A program made the position numbers and the translations under genes. Below are positions 39,747 to 50,131 of a stretch of DNA of 64,000 nucleotides, piece after piece. The notes under the pieces were generated by a model, which was not told where the DNA came from, did not search any database, and saw nothing but the letters and a program-made list of their open reading frames with translations. The stretch comes from an uncultured delta proteobacterium (GTDB lineage Bacteria > Desulfobacterota > Binatia > JACPRU01). The stretch covers positions 384,001-448,000 of the forward strand of contig CAVUWD010000011.1 of the NCBI GenBank assembly GCA_963745025.1, given 5' to 3'. Within the stretch, counting starts at the first letter, position 1; every line of letters starts with the position of its first letter.

Positions 39747-40991
39747 GTGGTGAGAGTGTTCGTGATCGCGATTCTCGCGGCGGGATGCAGCGGCTCGGTC
39801 GCCGTTCCGCCGCGGGCTCTAACCACCGAGGGCTCAGTATCGGCCGCCGCCACCGACCCCGAGGTCGCCGAGACCCTGCGGCGGGCCGCTGAGATCGAGC
39901 ACGAATTGCGAGAGCGGGGCCTCGTCCTCGACGACGACCCCGAGCTTCAGGCGTATCTCGATTCGGTGGGGCGGCGGGTCGTCTCGGCCGCTCGCCTGCC
40001 GGCGCCGGAGTATCGCTTCGGCGTGCTGCGCGACCCGTTCCTCAACGCGTTCGCTCTGCCGAACGGCAGCGTCTACGTGCACATGGGCATGATCGCGAGG
40101 ATCGAGAGCGAGGCGCAGCTCGCCTACGTCCTCGGTCACGAGGTGGCGCACGTTTCCCGCGGCCACAGCCTCGCTCTGCTTCGTCGCATCGAGTCGACGA
40201 CGGTGAAGGCGAAGCTCGCCGACGTCCTCGTCGGCGTCGTGGCGGCGCCGATCATCGGGGCCGTGCATGCGGGGACGATCTCCGCTTACAGTCGCGAGAA
40301 CGAAGCCGAGGCCGACAGCGAGGCGCTGCAGCTGGGCGCTGCGGCAGGCTACAGCGCCAAGGACGCGATCCGCCTCTTCTCGCTGATGGACGATCGCGAG
40401 GAGCTGAGCGGCGCGGCGGTCTACTTCAGCGACCATCCGGCCGGCTCCGAGCGAATCGCCGCCGCCGTCGATCTGCTGGCGAGCGGCGCAGTTCCGGCGG
40501 GCGGGATCGACGGCCGAGAGACGCACCGCGCCGCAACCCGCCGCGCCGCGCTGCGCACGATCGACCTCTGCCTTCAGCGCCAGTTCTACGCCAAGGGCCT
40601 GAGGGAGGCCGACACGCAAAGCGCGCGGCGCGGCGACGATCCGTGGCTTCTCTACTACGGCGCAGAGGCTCATCGGCTGATCGCGGCCGACCCGCAGGGG
40701 GCCGCCCGGGAGGACGCGCTCCGCCATGGCCGCGCCCGTCCGGAGGATTCACTGGTCGAATCGTTCCGTTCGCGCCGGGCGGACGAGCAAGCCGCCGCGG
40801 AGAAGGGGTTTCGCAGGGCGCTGGCCGTCGACCCGACCTTCGCACCGGCGCATCGCGGGCTCGGACTGCTGGCACGCGACCGGGGCGATCGCGCCACGGC
40901 TCACGACGAACTTTCCGCTTATCTACGCGGCGCCGACTCGGTTCCGGACCGCCGCTCGATCGAGCGCATCCTCGAGGAGATCGGCTCATGA
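39747..40991 (+). CDS. M48 zinc metalloprotease with TPR (BepA-like) lipoprotein
   Basis: NAFALPNG, HEVAH, YSRENEAEAD, SDHP; lipobox AAGC. Confidence 0.92.
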   Translation: MVRVFVIAILAAGCSGSVAVPPRALTTEGSVSAAATDPEVAETLRRAAEIEHELRERGLVLDDDPELQAYLDSVGRRVVSAARLPAPEYRFGVLRDPFLNAFALPNGSVYVHMGMIARIESEAQLAYVLGHEVAHVSRGHSLALLRRIESTTVKAKLADVLVGVVAAPIIGAVHAGTISAYSRENEAEADSEALQLGAAAGYSAKDAIRLFSLMDDREELSGAAVYFSDHPAGSERIAAAVDLLASGAVPAGGIDGRETHRAATRRAALRTIDLCLQRQFYAKGLREADTQSARRGDDPWLLYYGAEAHRLIAADPQGAAREDALRHGRARPEDSLVESFRSRRADEQAAAEKGFRRALAVDPTFAPAHRGLGLLARDRGDRATAHDELSAYLRGADSVPDRRSIERILEEIGS

Positions 40992-41758
40992 TCCACCGGC
41001 TCGATCGCCGAGCCTTGCTCGTGCTGCTGGCCCTGGGCGGCGGTGCGCTGTCGGCCTGCATGACGATGGCGCGCGTGCATCCGGAGCTCGAGGCGCGCCG
41101 CTCGCGCATCGCGCGCGTCGCCGTGCTCCCGCCCGAGACGAAGTTCACGCTCGTCACGTTCAAGGGAGACAACCCACGGATGAGCAGGGAAGAAGAGAAC
41201 GCGAAGGCCGCGCTGCCGGGGATGATCGCGGCGAAGCTCCGCGAGCACGGGCTCGTCATCGACGAGGCCGGCGTCGCGTCCAGCTCGGATCTCCGGTTCC
41301 AGGCAACCGAGCTGCAGGCGACTTTCGGTCAGGCGCTCGGCGACCTGTTCGCGACGCCGGCAGGAACCAAGCCGATCCAGACGAGCAGGTCCCTCGGCGC
41401 TCAGGCGGCCCGGGTTGCCGACCCTCTCGGGGTGGATGCCCTCGCGCTCGTGCGGGTCGAGGGTTACACGAAATCGGGTGGTGAGATCGCCAAGGACTAC
41501 GCAAAGAGCGTCGCCGGCACCCTCCTGACTCTCGGCATCCTGGTTCCGGTCCCCTCCCCGATGAGCGGGGCGGCTATGGTCTGCGCGTTAGTCGACGGGA
41601 GCACGGGCGACGTGCTTTGGACGAACGTCGTTCGCTCGCAAAGCGTCAGCTTCGATACCTCGGGGATGCAAGCTCTCGTAGACGCCGTCTTCAAGGACTT
41701 CCCGGCTGGTAGGTTCGGCGCCGAGGGCGCCGCCGCGGTGAAGCCTGGGGAGAATTGA
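40988..41758 (+). CDS. Hypothetical lipoprotein
   Basis: Lipobox LSAC; RVAVLPP; LVDGSTGDVLW; ATGA overlap with the M48 gene. Confidence 0.75.
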   Translation: MIHRLDRRALLVLLALGGGALSACMTMARVHPELEARRSRIARVAVLPPETKFTLVTFKGDNPRMSREEENAKAALPGMIAAKLREHGLVIDEAGVASSSDLRFQATELQATFGQALGDLFATPAGTKPIQTSRSLGAQAARVADPLGVDALALVRVEGYTKSGGEIAKDYAKSVAGTLLTLGILVPVPSPMSGAAMVCALVDGSTGDVLWTNVVRSQSVSFDTSGMQALVDAVFKDFPAGRFGAEGAAAVKPGEN

Positions 41759-41846
41759 GCCCCGGGCTCGTTGATCACCGCGGCGCGCGGGGCGCAGCCG
41801 CAGGTCGGCGCCCCTTGAATACCGACGCTCTCGCAGACCGGTAACG

Positions 41847-42086
41847 CCTTCGCCTCGAATGCTTCGGAACGACGAAGAGCGCGGTCGGTTGTGATCGGCC
41901 CGTACTCGGGTCGATCACAACCGACCGCAACCGCGCGGAGCGCGGAAGACACTAACCCTCGACACTGGTCTATTGTCTTCCGCGCTTGCGCGCGGTGGCT
42001 GGATCTTCCGGTCGACCCGAGCACGGGCCGACCGGAAGATCCAGCGCTTCCGGAATTTCCAGCGCGTGTGGCGAAGACTGAGGCAT
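41847..42086. repeat. Three-hairpin element, copy 2
   Basis: Colinear with 30161-30418; right end GTGGCGAAGACTGAGGCAT. Confidence 0.9.
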
Positions 42087-42165
42087 CTTGCAGACCGGAT
42101 CATTTCAGTTGACCTCGTGCGGCAGCGGAACGTAGGTTCCGAAAGATTTTATCGGGGGGCACACG

Positions 42166-42990
42166 ATGGGAGAACTCGACGGCCGCGTCGCAATCATCAC
42201 CGGAGGAGCCAGCGGGATCGGCGCGGCCAGCGTGCGCTTGTTCGTCGAGAGCGGCGCTCGGGTCGTAGTCGGTGATCTGCAGAGCGACCTCGGCAACGCA
42301 CTGGCGCGCGAGCTCTCGCCGAACGTGATCTTTCAGAAAACCGACGTCTCGAAGGAGAACGACGTTCGCACGCTGGTGTCTCGCGCCGAGACCTCCTTCG
42401 GCCGCCTCGACTGCATGTTCAACAACGCGGGCTTCGGCGGCGCTCTGGGCGGCATCGCCGAGACGCCCGTGGAGGAGTGGGACCTGACCTTCGACGTGCT
42501 CGTGCGCGGCGTCTTCCTCGGCATGAAGCACGCGGCGCCGCTGCTCCGCCGTCAAGGCGGAAGCATCGTCTCCACGGCGAGCGCGGCCGGGCGCATCGGC
42601 GGCTACTCCCCCCACGCCTACGCGGCGGCCAAGGCGGCGGTCATCCAGCTCACCACGTCCGTCTCGCTCGAGATGGCCGAGGATCGCGTGCGGGTGAACT
42701 GCATCTGCCCCGGATTCATCGCCACGCCACTTGCTCTGAACACGGTCGGCAAGCCGCAGAGCCTCATGGAGTCCCGGAAGTCCTGGATGATCCAGGCGCA
42801 GCCGATCAAGCGCCCGGGAGAGCCCAGGGACATCGCGGAGATGGTGCTCTTCCTGGCGAGCGATCGCTCGAGCTTCGTCACGGGCCAGGCGTTCGTGGTG
42901 GATGGAGGATTCTCGGCGGGCCGCCCCTGGCGGGACCAGCCCGACTGGATGCGCACGGCGCGTGCTTTCAAGGTGTACCGCCAGAGCTGA
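42166..42990 (+). CDS. Short-chain dehydrogenase/reductase
   Basis: TGGASGIG, NNAG, YAAAK, RVNCICPG. Confidence 0.95.
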   Translation: MGELDGRVAIITGGASGIGAASVRLFVESGARVVVGDLQSDLGNALARELSPNVIFQKTDVSKENDVRTLVSRAETSFGRLDCMFNNAGFGGALGGIAETPVEEWDLTFDVLVRGVFLGMKHAAPLLRRQGGSIVSTASAAGRIGGYSPHAYAAAKAAVIQLTTSVSLEMAEDRVRVNCICPGFIATPLALNTVGKPQSLMESRKSWMIQAQPIKRPGEPRDIAEMVLFLASDRSSFVTGQAFVVDGGFSAGRPWRDQPDWMRTARAFKVYRQS

Positions 42991-43110
42991 CGGCCCGTAT
43001 CGCGGAGCTGACCGGAGTCGGCAGGGGGATTCGATTGAAGAGTAGTCGCACGCAGGATCTCGATTTGCGCGAGGCGTTCGCCAAACACGAGCTCGGGACG
43101 AGGTATGGAA

Positions 43111-44448
43111 ATGGGCAGCCCTGATCGAGAGCTTCTCGGCCGATTGAACCTGGAGCCTTTGTGGATGCCGTTCACGGCCAACCGCCAGTTTAAGGCGCTT
43201 CCCCGCTTGCTGGTCTCCGCGGAAGGCATGCACTACACCTCCCACGACGGGCGCCGGATACTGGACGGCATCGCCGGCCTGTGGGCCGTGAACGCGGGCC
43301 ACTGCCGCAAGCCGATCGTCGAAGCCATCCAGAAGCAGGCGGAGCGCCTGGACTACGCGACCGGCTTCCAGATGCACAGTGCGGGCCCGTTCATTGCCGC
43401 TGAGAAGCTCGTGCGAATCGCACCGCAGGGCCTCGATCACGTCTTCTTCGTCAACTCGGGATCCGAGGCCGTCGACACGGCGTTGAAGATCGCGCTCGGC
43501 TACCACCGGGCGCGGGGCGAAGGCACCCGGCGGGTGCTGATCGGGCGCGAGCGCGGCTATCACGGCGTCGGCTTCGGCGGCGTCTCGGTCGGCGGCATGG
43601 GGTCGAACCGCAAGACGTTCGCGGGCCAGCTGCTGCCCGCCGTGGACCACCTGCCCCATACCCACAGCCTGGAGAAGAACGCCCATTCGCGCGGCCAACC
43701 GCAGTGGGGCGCCGAGCTCGCGGACGACCTCGAGCGGTTGATCCAGCTGCACGACGCTTCCAACGTCGCGGCGGTGATCGTGGAGCCGATCGCCGGCTCG
43801 ACGGGCGTGCTGATCCCGCCCAAGGGCTACCTCGAGCGCCTCCGGCAGATCTGCGACCGGCACGGCGTGCTGCTCGTCTTCGACGAAGTCATCACCGGGT
43901 TCGGCCGCACCGGCAGCGCCTTCGCGGCGCACACCTTCGGCGTCACCCCCGACATGATCACCTGCGCCAAGGCGCTGACCAACGCGGCCGTGCCGATGGG
44001 CGCCGTGATCGTGAAGCGCAAGATCTACGACGCGTTCATGCAGGGCCCCGAAGACGCAATCGAGCTCTACCATGGCTACACGTACTCCGGGCATCCGCTG
44101 GCGGCGGCAGCGGCCGCGGCGACGCTCGACCTGTACGAGCAAGAGCGCTTGTTCCAGCGCGCCGCGGAGCTGGCGCCCCACCTGGAAGACGCCGTGCACT
44201 CGCTCGCGGGCCTGCCGCGCGTCATCGACATCCGCAATTTCGGCCTGGTCGCCGCGATCGAGCTCGAGCCGATGACGGGCAAGCCGACGGCGCGCGCGTT
44301 CGAGGCCTTCCTTCGCTGCTACGAGAAGAACGTGCTCGTCCGCACCACCGGCGATACGATCGCCTTGTCACCACCGTTGATCATCGAGAAGAGCCAGATC
44401 GATCAACTGGTCGAGACCGTGGGCGGCGTCCTGAAGACGCTGCCTTGA
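43111..44448 (+). CDS. Class III aminotransferase (omega-amino acid/beta-alanine:pyruvate type)
   Basis: WMPFTANRQFK, NSGSEAVDTALK, FDEVITGFGR, CAKALTN, HGYTYSGHP. Confidence 0.93.
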   Translation: MGSPDRELLGRLNLEPLWMPFTANRQFKALPRLLVSAEGMHYTSHDGRRILDGIAGLWAVNAGHCRKPIVEAIQKQAERLDYATGFQMHSAGPFIAAEKLVRIAPQGLDHVFFVNSGSEAVDTALKIALGYHRARGEGTRRVLIGRERGYHGVGFGGVSVGGMGSNRKTFAGQLLPAVDHLPHTHSLEKNAHSRGQPQWGAELADDLERLIQLHDASNVAAVIVEPIAGSTGVLIPPKGYLERLRQICDRHGVLLVFDEVITGFGRTGSAFAAHTFGVTPDMITCAKALTNAAVPMGAVIVKRKIYDAFMQGPEDAIELYHGYTYSGHPLAAAAAAATLDLYEQERLFQRAAELAPHLEDAVHSLAGLPRVIDIRNFGLVAAIELEPMTGKPTARAFEAFLRCYEKNVLVRTTGDTIALSPPLIIEKSQIDQLVETVGGVLKTLP

Positions 44449-44449
44449 A

Positions 44450-45703
44450 TCATCGCTCTCGGGATCCCTTCCGTCGTTCCCAAGTCACCACGCGCGGCAG
44501 CGCCGCCGAGGCGGCCGCTCCGGCGAACCCGCCGAGCGCCGAGACCAGGAATGCCCAGCGGAAGCTGCCGGTGTGCTCGGCGAGGAAGCCGCCGAGCTCG
44601 GGGCCGACGAGCTGCGCCAAGCCGAAGAAGAGCGTGATCGCGCCGAAGGCCGGCGCGAACGAGCCCTCCGTCGTGTGGTCGCGCACGTACGCGGCGACGA
44701 CCGAGCCGAGGCCCGACATCATGATCCCGAAGAGCAACGCCGACGCTCCGACCCACGGCTCGGCTCCGATGAGCACGGCGAGCGGGCACGAGCCCATCGC
44801 GGCGAAGCCCCAGACGAGCGTCGGACGGCGCCCCACCCGATCCGAGAGCTGGCCGAGAAGGATGCCGCCGGCGGCGATCGAGAGGCCGACCAAGCCGTAG
44901 TCGATCGACGCGTGCCAGGCGCTGAAGCCGGCATCCGACTGGAGCGCCGCCACGAGGTAGCTCGAGTAGACGGAATAGCAGAGCCCATAGCCCGCGTACG
45001 CGGCCGTCACCGCCACCCAGCCGGGCACGCCGCGGAGCGATGCCAGCGCCAGGATCTCGCGGACGATCGGGGCATGCGTCTCGGCGGGACGCTCGTCGTC
45101 CGGCTCGCGGAGCCAACCGAGCGCGAGGATCGTCGCCAGGGCGGCGAGCGCGGTTTCGACGGCCCACACCTCTCGCCACTCGCTCGCGCCGTAGCGCGCC
45201 TGGACGAGGTGCGTGAGCTCGCTCGCGAAGAGCACCGCGATCCCGATGCCGGAGGCCATGAGGCCGATCGCGAAGCCGCGGCGGTCCTCGGAAACGACGG
45301 CACCCGCGAGCCCGGGCGCGGGGATCCAGATGAATGCCCCCGCGATCCCGGTGGCGATCATGCCCCCGAGAAGAGCTCGCGGGCTCGCCGCCACGGTCAT
45401 CGCCGCGAGCCCCGCGGTCGACACGACGAGACCGAGCATGATGAGACGAGCCGGGCTGGCCTTCGTCGCGGCGAGGCTGACGAGCAGGACGCCGGCGAGA
45501 TAGGCGGTGAGATTCGCGGTGCCGAGCCAGCCGGCGAGAGAGTACGAGTGCAGGAGATCGCCCTCGATCGCCGGCAGCACGAGCGGGTAGGTGAAGCGGC
45601 CGAACCCCTGCGCCACGCCGACGGCGAGCACGACGAGCGCGAGGACGAGCTTCGCCGATCGCGAGAGAGGCGGTTGACGGATCGCGCCGGGTCGATCCGT
45701 CAC
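44450..45703 (-). CDS. MFS transporter (YbfB/YjiJ-like)
   Basis: GFGRFTYPLVLP, ANLTAYLAG, LSDRVGRR; ~12 hydrophobic segments. Confidence 0.9.
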   Translation of the reverse strand: MTDRPGAIRQPPLSRSAKLVLALVVLAVGVAQGFGRFTYPLVLPAIEGDLLHSYSLAGWLGTANLTAYLAGVLLVSLAATKASPARLIMLGLVVSTAGLAAMTVAASPRALLGGMIATGIAGAFIWIPAPGLAGAVVSEDRRGFAIGLMASGIGIAVLFASELTHLVQARYGASEWREVWAVETALAALATILALGWLREPDDERPAETHAPIVREILALASLRGVPGWVAVTAAYAGYGLCYSVYSSYLVAALQSDAGFSAWHASIDYGLVGLSIAAGGILLGQLSDRVGRRPTLVWGFAAMGSCPLAVLIGAEPWVGASALLFGIMMSGLGSVVAAYVRDHTTEGSFAPAFGAITLFFGLAQLVGPELGGFLAEHTGSFRWAFLVSALGGFAGAAASAALPRVVTWERRKGSRER

Positions 45704-45906
45704 TTCGTCATGCGCGCCTCTTCGGCGCTGCTCCCGCGCATTGCTTCGATAATCGCCGTGCGCAATGATCGCAGGGCGACCGCGCGGATGGTCTCGAGGT
45801 CGTCGAAGCACGCGGCAACTTAGCGTCGTCGGCATGGCGAAGGAATAGACGGGAACGGTTTGAAGCGCTTCGTCTGACGGAAGCGCTCTGTTGACAGGAC
45901 GAGACG

Positions 45907-47445
45907 ATGGCGGCGGGCGACCCGATCACCGAGACCAGCTACGGCAAGCTCCAGGGAACGCGGGCCGACGGGGTGTGCGTCTATCGCGCCATCCCGTTCG
46001 CGAAGCCTCCGGTCGGCCGCCTGCGGTTCCGGCCGCCCGAGCGTCCCGAGGGTTGGAGCGGGGTGCGCGATGCCACACGCTTCGGCCCGGGCTCGTATCA
46101 GGCCGACCGGCCGCTGGCGCCGATCCTCGGCATCGTGGTCCCGGAGCAGAGCGAGGACTGCCTGACTCTGAACGTCTGGACTCCGGCCGCCGGGGAGGGC
46201 GGGCGCCGGCCGGTGCTCTTCTGGATCCACGGGGGCGCCTGGGTGATCGGCGCGGGGTCCGAGACGACGTACGACGGGGCGAGCTTGGCGCGCCGAGGCG
46301 ACGCCGTCGTCGTCACCGTCAACTACCGGCTCGGCCCCTTCGGATTCCTGCGCGGCCGCGAGCTTCGCGCCGGGCTCGACAGCAGCGGCAACGAGGCCCT
46401 GCTCGACCTCGTGGCCGCGCTCGAATGGGTGCGCGACGAGATCGCCGCGTTCGGCGGCGACCCGCGGAACGTCACGGCGTTCGGCGAATCCGCCGGCTCG
46501 GTGAACATCGCCTGCCTGCTGACGATGCCGCGGGCGCGCGGCCTATTCCACAAGGCGATTTGCCAGAGCGGCTCGCTGAACCTGACGTGCTCGCCCGAGG
46601 CGGCGCTCGCCACGACGCGCGCGATCCTGAGGGAGCTCGGGATCGCGCCCGAGCGGGCGAGCCTGCTACGCGACGTTTCCGCGCGGGACTTGGTGTCGGC
46701 GCACAATGCCGTGGGGCGGAAAACGATCGTCCCACCATTTTCGCCGGTCGCAGACGGAGACCTCATCCCCGCCCGCCCGTTCGCGGCGATCGCGGCGGGC
46801 TCGGCGCGCGGCGTGCCGCTGATCGTCGGCTCGAACCTCGAGGAGATGAAGCTCTATCGCTTCCTCGATCCGGCGATCGACGCGCTCGACGGGTCGGGCC
46901 TCGTCGACCGGTGCTCCGCGCTCTTGCCCGGCTCGGACGCCGAAGGCCGTCCGCACGGCCGGCGGGCGGCAGAAGTCTACCGCGCGGAGCGCGCGGCGCG
47001 CGGCGATGACGCTTCGCCGGCCGAGACGTGGCTGGCGATCTCGACGGACCACTTCTTTCGCGCCGGGGCGCTGAAGCTCGCCGAGCTCCAGTCGTCGCAC
47101 ACGCCCGACGTGTTCGTGTACCAGTTCGCATGGAAGGGGACGACCCCGGGAAAGCCGCAAGGCGCGGTGCATGGCCTCGACGTGCCGTTCGTGTTCGGCA
47201 CGCTCGACGTCTCGAAGATCGGCGCGATCGCCGGCCGCACGCAGGCGGCGCGGGTGCTCTCCGAACGCATTCAGGATGCGTGGCTCGCCTTTGCCCGGAC
47301 CGGGCGTCCGCGAAGCTCGGGGCTGCCCGACTGGCCTGCGTATGCTCCGCCGCGGCGCGCCACGCTCGAGCTCGGCGAGCGCTCGGTCGTGCGCGAGGCA
47401 CCGCAAGAAACCGAGCGGACCCTCTGGGAAGGGCTCATCGGTTGA
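45907..47445 (+). CDS. Type-B carboxylesterase
   Basis: SEDCLTLNVW, WIHGGA, GESAG, GAVHGLD. Confidence 0.95.
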   Translation: MAAGDPITETSYGKLQGTRADGVCVYRAIPFAKPPVGRLRFRPPERPEGWSGVRDATRFGPGSYQADRPLAPILGIVVPEQSEDCLTLNVWTPAAGEGGRRPVLFWIHGGAWVIGAGSETTYDGASLARRGDAVVVTVNYRLGPFGFLRGRELRAGLDSSGNEALLDLVAALEWVRDEIAAFGGDPRNVTAFGESAGSVNIACLLTMPRARGLFHKAICQSGSLNLTCSPEAALATTRAILRELGIAPERASLLRDVSARDLVSAHNAVGRKTIVPPFSPVADGDLIPARPFAAIAAGSARGVPLIVGSNLEEMKLYRFLDPAIDALDGSGLVDRCSALLPGSDAEGRPHGRRAAEVYRAERAARGDDASPAETWLAISTDHFFRAGALKLAELQSSHTPDVFVYQFAWKGTTPGKPQGAVHGLDVPFVFGTLDVSKIGAIAGRTQAARVLSERIQDAWLAFARTGRPRSSGLPDWPAYAPPRRATLELGERSVVREAPQETERTLWEGLIG

Positions 47446-47637
47446 CGCGACTTCCGACTACCGGGCCCCCTGCCCATACCGTTCGTATTAGAACACCTGC
47501 TCCCTGCGTGGCTTGAGCGGCTGGGTTCGCGCGGGATTCTTCGGATCCCGATAGCCGAACGGCATCCATTCGCGAATCCCCCGATTGGCTTCGCGAGACG
47601 CTTGCCGTACCTAGCACAGGCTGTAGGATGCCCGTCC

Positions 47638-48831
47638 ATGGTCAGGCCGGGACCGCTTCACGGCTATCGAATCATCGACGTGACCTCGATGATCTCCGGA
47701 CCTCTGGCGACGCAAATCCTGGCCGACCAGGGCGCGGACGTGCTCAAGGTCGAGAATCCGGACGGCGGCGACCACACGCGCGCCGCGCCGAACCGGCGTG
47801 GCGGCTTGTCGGCGCTGTTCCTCAACAGCAATCGCAACAAGCGCTCGGTCGCCGTCAACCTGAGGCACGAGCGGGGCCGGGCCGTCTTGATGCGCTTCGT
47901 CTCGCGCGCCGACGTCTTCGTGCAGAACTTCCGTCCGGGCGTGGCGGAACGCATGGGCCTCGGTGAAGACGCGATTCGAGCCGCGGCGCCCACCATCGTC
48001 TACGTCTCGATCAGCGGCTTCGGCGAGCGCGGTCCGATGGCTGCAAAGCCCGTCTACGATCCGCTGATCCAGGCGTTCAGCGGGCTCGCGACCGTCCAAG
48101 CGGGATCGGACGACGCCAGGCCGCGCCTCGTGCGCACGATCTTGCCGGACAAGCTCACTGCCATCACCGCCGCGCAGGCCATCACCGCCGCGCTCGCGGC
48201 TCGAGAGCGGACCGGGGAGGGACAGCACGTGCGGCTATCGATGCTCGACGCGGTGATCGCGTTCCTTTGGGGGTCGGACATGGCGAGCCAGACATTCGTC
48301 GGCGGCGAGCTCCCCCAGGCGGAAGCCGCGAGCTTCATCGACCTGATCTACGAGACGAGCGATGGCTACCTGAGCGTGGCGGTGCAGACGGACCGCGAGT
48401 GGCAGGCGCTCGCTCGAGCGCTCGAACGCCCGGAATGGCTCGCCGACGAGCGCTTCCGCACGCCCGCGCTGCGCCAAGACAACATCGACGTCCGGCTCGC
48501 GCTCACGCAAGAGGTGTTGCGCACGCGGCGCTCCGCGGAGTGGCTCGAGCGCTTGGAAGCGGAAGGTGTTCCCTGCGCGCCGGTGCTCACCCGCGCCGAG
48601 GTGATCCGTCATCCGCAGATCCTGGAGAACGAGACCGTCTGCGAGATCGACCATCCGCGAGCGGGCCGCTTGCGCCAGGCACGACCGGCGGCACGCTTCT
48701 CACGAACACCGTGCTCGATACGCAGCGGAGCTCCCCGGTTGGGTGAGCACACCGCCAGCGTGCTCGCAGAATTCGGGTTCTCCGCGGCCGAAATCGCCGA
48801 GCTGAGAGCATCGGGCGCGATCGGCAGATGA
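47638..48831 (+). CDS. CoA transferase, family III (CaiB/BaiF)
   Basis: NRNKRS, QNFRPG, YDPLIQAFSG, APRLGEHT. Confidence 0.95.
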   Translation: MVRPGPLHGYRIIDVTSMISGPLATQILADQGADVLKVENPDGGDHTRAAPNRRGGLSALFLNSNRNKRSVAVNLRHERGRAVLMRFVSRADVFVQNFRPGVAERMGLGEDAIRAAAPTIVYVSISGFGERGPMAAKPVYDPLIQAFSGLATVQAGSDDARPRLVRTILPDKLTAITAAQAITAALAARERTGEGQHVRLSMLDAVIAFLWGSDMASQTFVGGELPQAEAASFIDLIYETSDGYLSVAVQTDREWQALARALERPEWLADERFRTPALRQDNIDVRLALTQEVLRTRRSAEWLERLEAEGVPCAPVLTRAEVIRHPQILENETVCEIDHPRAGRLRQARPAARFSRTPCSIRSGAPRLGEHTASVLAEFGFSAAEIAELRASGAIGR

Positions 48832-48863
48832 GCAGGTGAGCAGATAAGCAGATAAGCAGATAA
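48824..48863. repeat. Tandem octamer (GCAGATAA-like) x5
   Basis: GCAGATGA GCAGGTGA GCAGATAA GCAGATAA GCAGATAA, starting at the stop codon. Confidence 0.85.
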
Positions 48864-48940
48864 GGATGATCCGTCCATCGGAGCACCGCCGGACCGCCGC
48901 GCGCGCGGCCGGGCGCAACAGAGGATGAGAGGAGAACGTC

Positions 48941-49768
48941 ATGGCCAAACGCACTCTCGAAACCCGAACGACCGATCTGATCGCCGAGGCCGAGGACGGG
49001 GTTGCGATCCTCACGATGAATCGCCCCGCGCGGCGCAACGCCATGTCTGGCGAGATGCTGGCCGCGCTCGCCGCCACGCTGTCGGCCTGCGAGACCGATC
49101 CCGAGATCGCCGCGATCGTGCTGACGGGCGCGGGTGGAGCGTTCTGCGCGGGCGGCGACGTCAAGGGGATGGCGGAAGCCTCGCGCGGCGGCGGGGCGGG
49201 ATCGGGGATCGACGAGCAGATCCATGCCCAACGGATCAACCAGCGCGCAACGGCGGGACGGCTCTACAAGATGCCCAAGCCGACGATCGCCTCGATTCCG
49301 GGCGCCGCGGCGGGCGCGGGACTTTCGCTCGCGCTCGCCTGCGACCTGCGCATCGCGGCGGAGACCGCGGTGATGACGACGGCGTTCGCCAAGGTCGGCT
49401 TCTCGGGTGATTACGGCGGGACCTACTTTCTCAGCCGGCTCGTCGGCAGCGCCAAGGCGCGTGAGCTCTACTTCCTCTCCGACCGGATCGACATGAAAGA
49501 GGCCGCGCGTCTCGGGCTCGTCAACTGGGTCGTGCCGGCCGATCAGTTGACGGCGCGCACGATGGAACTCGCGCATCGGCTGGCGCGCGGGCCGCGCGTC
49601 GCCTATCGCTACATGAAGGAAAATCTGAACCGCGCGGTGGCGGGTGAAGTGGACGATTGCCTCGATCTCGAGGCGACGCACCACATCCACGCGGGCCTCA
49701 CCGAAGACCATCGGGAAGCGGCGCGCGCCTTCGTCGAGAAGCGCGAGCCGGTGTTCAAGGGGCGGTAG
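48941..49768 (+). CDS. Enoyl-CoA hydratase/isomerase
   Basis: NRPARRNA, FCAGGDV, AAGAGLSLALACD, FVEKREPVFKGR. Confidence 0.95.
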   Translation: MAKRTLETRTTDLIAEAEDGVAILTMNRPARRNAMSGEMLAALAATLSACETDPEIAAIVLTGAGGAFCAGGDVKGMAEASRGGGAGSGIDEQIHAQRINQRATAGRLYKMPKPTIASIPGAAAGAGLSLALACDLRIAAETAVMTTAFAKVGFSGDYGGTYFLSRLVGSAKARELYFLSDRIDMKEAARLGLVNWVVPADQLTARTMELAHRLARGPRVAYRYMKENLNRAVAGEVDDCLDLEATHHIHAGLTEDHREAARAFVEKREPVFKGR

Positions 49769-49810
49769 CGAGCCCGCCCCCGACTTGGCCGCCGCAAGCT
49801 TCTTCCGGGG

Positions 49811-50131
49811 TCAGGAAACCTTGCTGCCGGGGGAAACGGCGCAGTCGGAGGTCACCACCACGACGCGATCGCCGTCGCGGGCGGCGAGCAGCATTCCCTG
49901 GCTCTCGACGCCGCGAAGCTTCGCGGGCTCGAGATTGGCGACGACGACGATCTGCTTGCCGACGAGCGCGGACGGCTCGTAACTCGCGCGGATGCCCGCA
50001 ACGATCTGGCGCTGCTCGCCGCCGAGGTCGATCCGCAGGACGAGGAGGCGGTCGGCGTTCGGGTGGAGCTCGGCCGAAATCACGGTCGCCACCCGCAAGT
50101 CGAGTTGCTGAAAGTCAGCCAGCGTCGCCAC
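49811..50131 (-). CDS. Stand-alone tRNA-binding OB domain (MetG C-terminal/Trbp111/CsaA family)
   Basis: LDLRVA, HPNADRLL, RQIVAGI, NLEPAKLRGVESQGMLLA. Confidence 0.92.
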   Translation of the reverse strand: MATLADFQQLDLRVATVISAELHPNADRLLVLRIDLGGEQRQIVAGIRASYEPSALVGKQIVVVANLEPAKLRGVESQGMLLAARDGDRVVVVTSDCAVSPGSKVS

